A stretch of 64,000 bases of DNA, from assembly GCA_965267575.1 (NCBI GenBank), contig OZ254086.1:3360001-3424000 (forward strand), read 5' to 3'. The notes beneath the pieces were generated by a model. The model searched no databases and was not told the DNA's origin. It saw only the letters and a list, made by a program, of their open reading frames with translations. Origin of the DNA: Calditrichales bacterium. Lineage in GTDB: Bacteria; Calditrichota; Calditrichia; Calditrichales; J004. Shown here piece by piece: positions 61,119-64,000 of the stretch. Numbering within the stretch: position 1 is the stretch's first letter; the number at the start of each line of letters is the position of its first letter. A program made the translations under genes and the position numbers.

Positions 61119-61144
61119 GTAAACTTTATTTTTTAAATTGCGTA
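61119..61144 (+). promoter_or_regulatory. Candidate ECF sigma promoter
   Basis: GTAAAC-N16-CGTA upstream of the M16 peptidase gene. Confidence 0.45.
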
Positions 61145-61190
61145 ATGCCTTTGATGACCAAAAACTCACTTTAAAAACTGGAGGTTTCTT

Positions 61191-64000
61191 ATGAAGCACA
61201 TAACGCGTTATATACTGGCGTTTTGTCTTTTTATAATTCCGCTTTCACTAACGGCGGGTGAGGAGGAAGGCAAGATTTTCCCCTACAAATACGAGATGAA
61301 AGACCTGAAAAACGGTCTGCGCGTTATCGTTATCCCCACGGATTATCCCAATATCGTTTCCCTGCAGATTCCGGTAATGACCGGTTCGCGCAATGAAATC
61401 GAGCCCGGCAAGTCCGGCTTTGCCCACTTTTTTGAGCACATGATGTTCCGCGGTACGGAAAAATATCCCAACGAAAAGTATGGCGCTATCCTCAAAAACG
61501 CCGGCGCCGACCAGAACGCCTGGACCAGCGACGATATGACCAACTATCATATTACCTTTTCCAAGGAAGACCTGGAAACGGTTCTGATGCTGGAAGCCGA
61601 CCGCTTTCAAAACCTGAAATATTCGGTTGAAGACTTTAAAACCGAATCGCGCGCGGTGCTGGGCGAATACAATAAAAACTACAGCAACCCTATCCGCAAG
61701 CTGATTGAAGAACAGCGCAACCTGGCCTTTGAGCAGCACACCTACAAGCATACCACGATGGGCTTTATCGAAGATATCGAAGACATGCCCAACCAGTTTG
61801 ATTACAGTCTGACCTTCTTTGACCGCTTTTACCGTCCGGAATATACAACGATTATCGTTGCCGGCGATGTGGAAGCAAAGAATGTCTTCAACATTGTTGA
61901 AAAATACTGGGGCGACTGGAAGCGCGGCAGTTATAAAGCAGATATCCCTAAAGAAAAAGTGGGCGATGGACCTGAATTCACCAACGTGGAGTGGGATACC
62001 CCGACCTTGCCGTGGGTGGCCGTCGCTTTTCACGGGCCGGCCTTCAGCGAGACTAAAATTGATATGGCGGCCATGGACATTATTTCCAACTATGCTTTTT
62101 CTTCCAGCTCTGATCTGTACCAGAAGCTTGTGGTAAAAGAGCAGAAGGTGGACCAGCTTTGGCCCTATTTCCCGGACAGAACCGACCCTTACCTCGTATC
62201 GGTATTTGCCCGTGTTAAAGACGTAAACGATATCTGGTATGTGCGCGACCAGATTTTACAAACCTTTGCCGATCTGCGTCTAAAAAACGTTTCCGCACAG
62301 CGCCTGGCGGATATTAAAGGCAACATGAAATACGGTTTTGCCCAAAGCATGAACAACAGCGAAGCAATCGCCGAAGCGCTTGTGGGTTACGTTGCACGCA
62401 CACGCGACCCGGAAACGATCAATCGTGTGTACCGCCTTTATGATAAAGTGGGCGCCGCGGACGTGAAGAAAGTGGCCAACACCTATTTCACCGATGCTAA
62501 CCTTGTGACGACCACGCTGGCGCATGGTGAATTGCCGCAGGCAGAAAACAAAGCCGGTTCGATTGATAAAATGGTTAATCAAGGGCAGGTGGCGCCCCCG
62601 GAGCTGGCTACCGTCCTGATGCAAAACGAATCCCCGGTAATTGACTTCCGCATTCTGTTTAACGCAGGCGCGGCAAATGATCCGGAAGGTAAGGCCGGCC
62701 TGGCCAACCTGACCGCTGCAATGATCAGCGATGCCGGCAGCCAGGAAATGAAGTATGCCGAAATCCAAAAAGCGCTCTATCCCATCTCCGGATGGTTTGG
62801 CAGCCAGGTGGACAAGGAAATGACCGTGTTTACCGGAACCACCCATAAAGACAATCTGAACCGCTATTATGAGATTGTTTCCGGCATGCTGTTGCAGCCG
62901 GGCTGGGACGAGGAAGATTTCAGCCGTGTGAAAACAAACGTGCTGAATGCCATCCGTGAAGGTCTGCGCAACAATAACGATGAGGAACTTGGCAAGGAAG
63001 TGCTTTACGAAATGATCTATGAAGATCATCCTTACGGCCATCTCAATATGGGCCATCTTGCATCGGTGGAGGCGTTGACGCTGGAAGACGTAAAGGCCTT
63101 TTACAAGGAACATTACAATCGCGCCAACCTGGTGCTTGGCATGGCCGGTGATTTTAGCGATGCCTTTGTTGAGCGCGTGAAACGCGATATGGCCGTATTG
63201 CCGGAAGGTACTGCGAGCACGATAGATATTGCCGCGGCACCCAAGCCCAACGGACTTGACGCCGTGATCGTTCAGAAAGAAACCCGTGGAACAGCGATAT
63301 CTTTTGGTTTCCCGATTCCCGTAAACCGCAGCCATGAGGATTTCGTGGCGCTGTGGCTGGTGCGCTCTTACTTTGGCGAGCACCGTTCCAGCAACAGTCA
63401 CCTGTATCAGCGCATCCGTGAGATCCGCGGCATGAACTATGGCGATTACGCCTACATTGAGTATTTCCCGCGTGGCATGTTCCAGTTCCATCCCGATCCA
63501 AACCTTGGCCGCCAGCAACAGATCTTCCAGGTCTGGATTCGCCCGGTGGTTCCGGAGAACGGGCACTTTGCCATCCGCACAGCCATGTATGAGCTGAACA
63601 AGCTGATAGAGCAGGGCATGACGCAGGAAGATTTTGAAGCCACGCGCAACTACCTGATGAAGTTTTCCAACATTCTGACAAAAACGCAGAGCCGTCAGCT
63701 TGGCTACGCGCTGGACAGCCGCTATTATAATATTCCGGATTTTAACAGCTACATCCAGAATGGCCTGCAGGATTTGACACTGGAAGACGTAAACCGGGTA
63801 ATTAAAAAATACCTGCAGGATGATAATGTGAAATTTGCCATTATCACCAAGGATGCCCAGGGCTTGAAAGAGGCGCTGGTCAGCAACGCGCCGTCACCGA
63901 TAACCTACGATGCACCCAAGCCGCAGGAGCTTTTGGATGAAGACAAGGTCATTGAAAACTATAAGCTGGATTTTAAAGCTGACAAGGTGAAAATCGTTGA
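61191..64000 (+). CDS. Secreted M16 (pitrilysin/PqqL-like) zinc protease, 3'-truncated
   Basis: GGAGG RBS; MKHITRYILAF...LKNGLRV...GSRNE..GKSGFAHFFEHMMFRG (HxxEH). The same frame reads as protein at the window edge, so it is absent from the ORF track. Confidence 0.93.
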   Translation, partial: MKHITRYILAFCLFIIPLSLTAGEEEGKIFPYKYEMKDLKNGLRVIVIPTDYPNIVSLQIPVMTGSRNEIEPGKSGFAHFFEHMMFRGTEKYPNEKYGAILKNAGADQNAWTSDDMTNYHITFSKEDLETVLMLEADRFQNLKYSVEDFKTESRAVLGEYNKNYSNPIRKLIEEQRNLAFEQHTYKHTTMGFIEDIEDMPNQFDYSLTFFDRFYRPEYTTIIVAGDVEAKNVFNIVEKYWGDWKRGSYKADIPKEKVGDGPEFTNVEWDTPTLPWVAVAFHGPAFSETKIDMAAMDIISNYAFSSSSDLYQKLVVKEQKVDQLWPYFPDRTDPYLVSVFARVKDVNDIWYVRDQILQTFADLRLKNVSAQRLADIKGNMKYGFAQSMNNSEAIAEALVGYVARTRDPETINRVYRLYDKVGAADVKKVANTYFTDANLVTTTLAHGELPQAENKAGSIDKMVNQGQVAPPELATVLMQNESPVIDFRILFNAGAANDPEGKAGLANLTAAMISDAGSQEMKYAEIQKALYPISGWFGSQVDKEMTVFTGTTHKDNLNRYYEIVSGMLLQPGWDEEDFSRVKTNVLNAIREGLRNNNDEELGKEVLYEMIYEDHPYGHLNMGHLASVEALTLEDVKAFYKEHYNRANLVLGMAGDFSDAFVERVKRDMAVLPEGTASTIDIAAAPKPNGLDAVIVQKETRGTAISFGFPIPVNRSHEDFVALWLVRSYFGEHRSSNSHLYQRIREIRGMNYGDYAYIEYFPRGMFQFHPDPNLGRQQQIFQVWIRPVVPENGHFAIRTAMYELNKLIEQGMTQEDFEATRNYLMKFSNILTKTQSRQLGYALDSRYYNIPDFNSYIQNGLQDLTLEDVNRVIKKYLQDDNVKFAIITKDAQGLKEALVSNAPSPITYDAPKPQELLDEDKVIENYKLDFKADKVKIV

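Noticed and set aside
61248..63681. Long minus-strand ORFs (261, 428, 175 aa)
   Set aside because: Antisense shadows of the plus-strand M16 peptidase (61191 to >64000), which has an RBS, a signal peptide and HxxEH.

Overview
Gene-dense chromosomal window of moderate GC. It probably comes from an FCB-superphylum bacterium, Calditrichota/KSB1-like. This is an inference from the many secreted proteins with 'PNPFNP' C-terminal sorting/FlgD-Ig tails together with canonical Shine-Dalgarno motifs. Order of contents: (1) a housekeeping run yebC(partial)-ruvCAB-queA-dedA-gltX-glnS-ddl-cysS, convergent with carAB; (2) pduO, two tandem secreted endonuclease I paralogs, a geranylgeranyl-reductase-like flavoprotein and a MacAB-like module lacking its ATPase; (3) an accessory patch of small and secreted genes (24.5-32 kb); (4) a probable arginine synthetase (ArcE/COG2403), an LTD protein, pruA, alkaline phosphatase, a HEAT-repeat protein, DUF5916 and a 2361-aa secreted multidomain protein; (5) Rrf2-ALDH7, a TonB receptor with a GATase, feoAB, a GH2 and a truncated M16 peptidase. 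I saw no CRISPR array, rRNA, tRNA or transposase. The most novel-looking signal is non-coding, in the cysS/carB gap (9690-9961): a candidate upstream palindrome, an IHF-like site and a correctly spaced sigma54 -24/-12 promoter lie ahead of a putative ~120-nt sRNA. That RNA has a perfect 15-bp closing stem and a loop carrying repeated anti-Shine-Dalgarno (CUCC/CUCCUU) motifs. Other leads are a recurring ECF-sigma promoter motif upstream of three envelope genes, a possible beta-pore-forming module in the giant protein, and candidate operators for Rrf2 and feoAB. All product calls come from motif recognition by eye; no database search was run.
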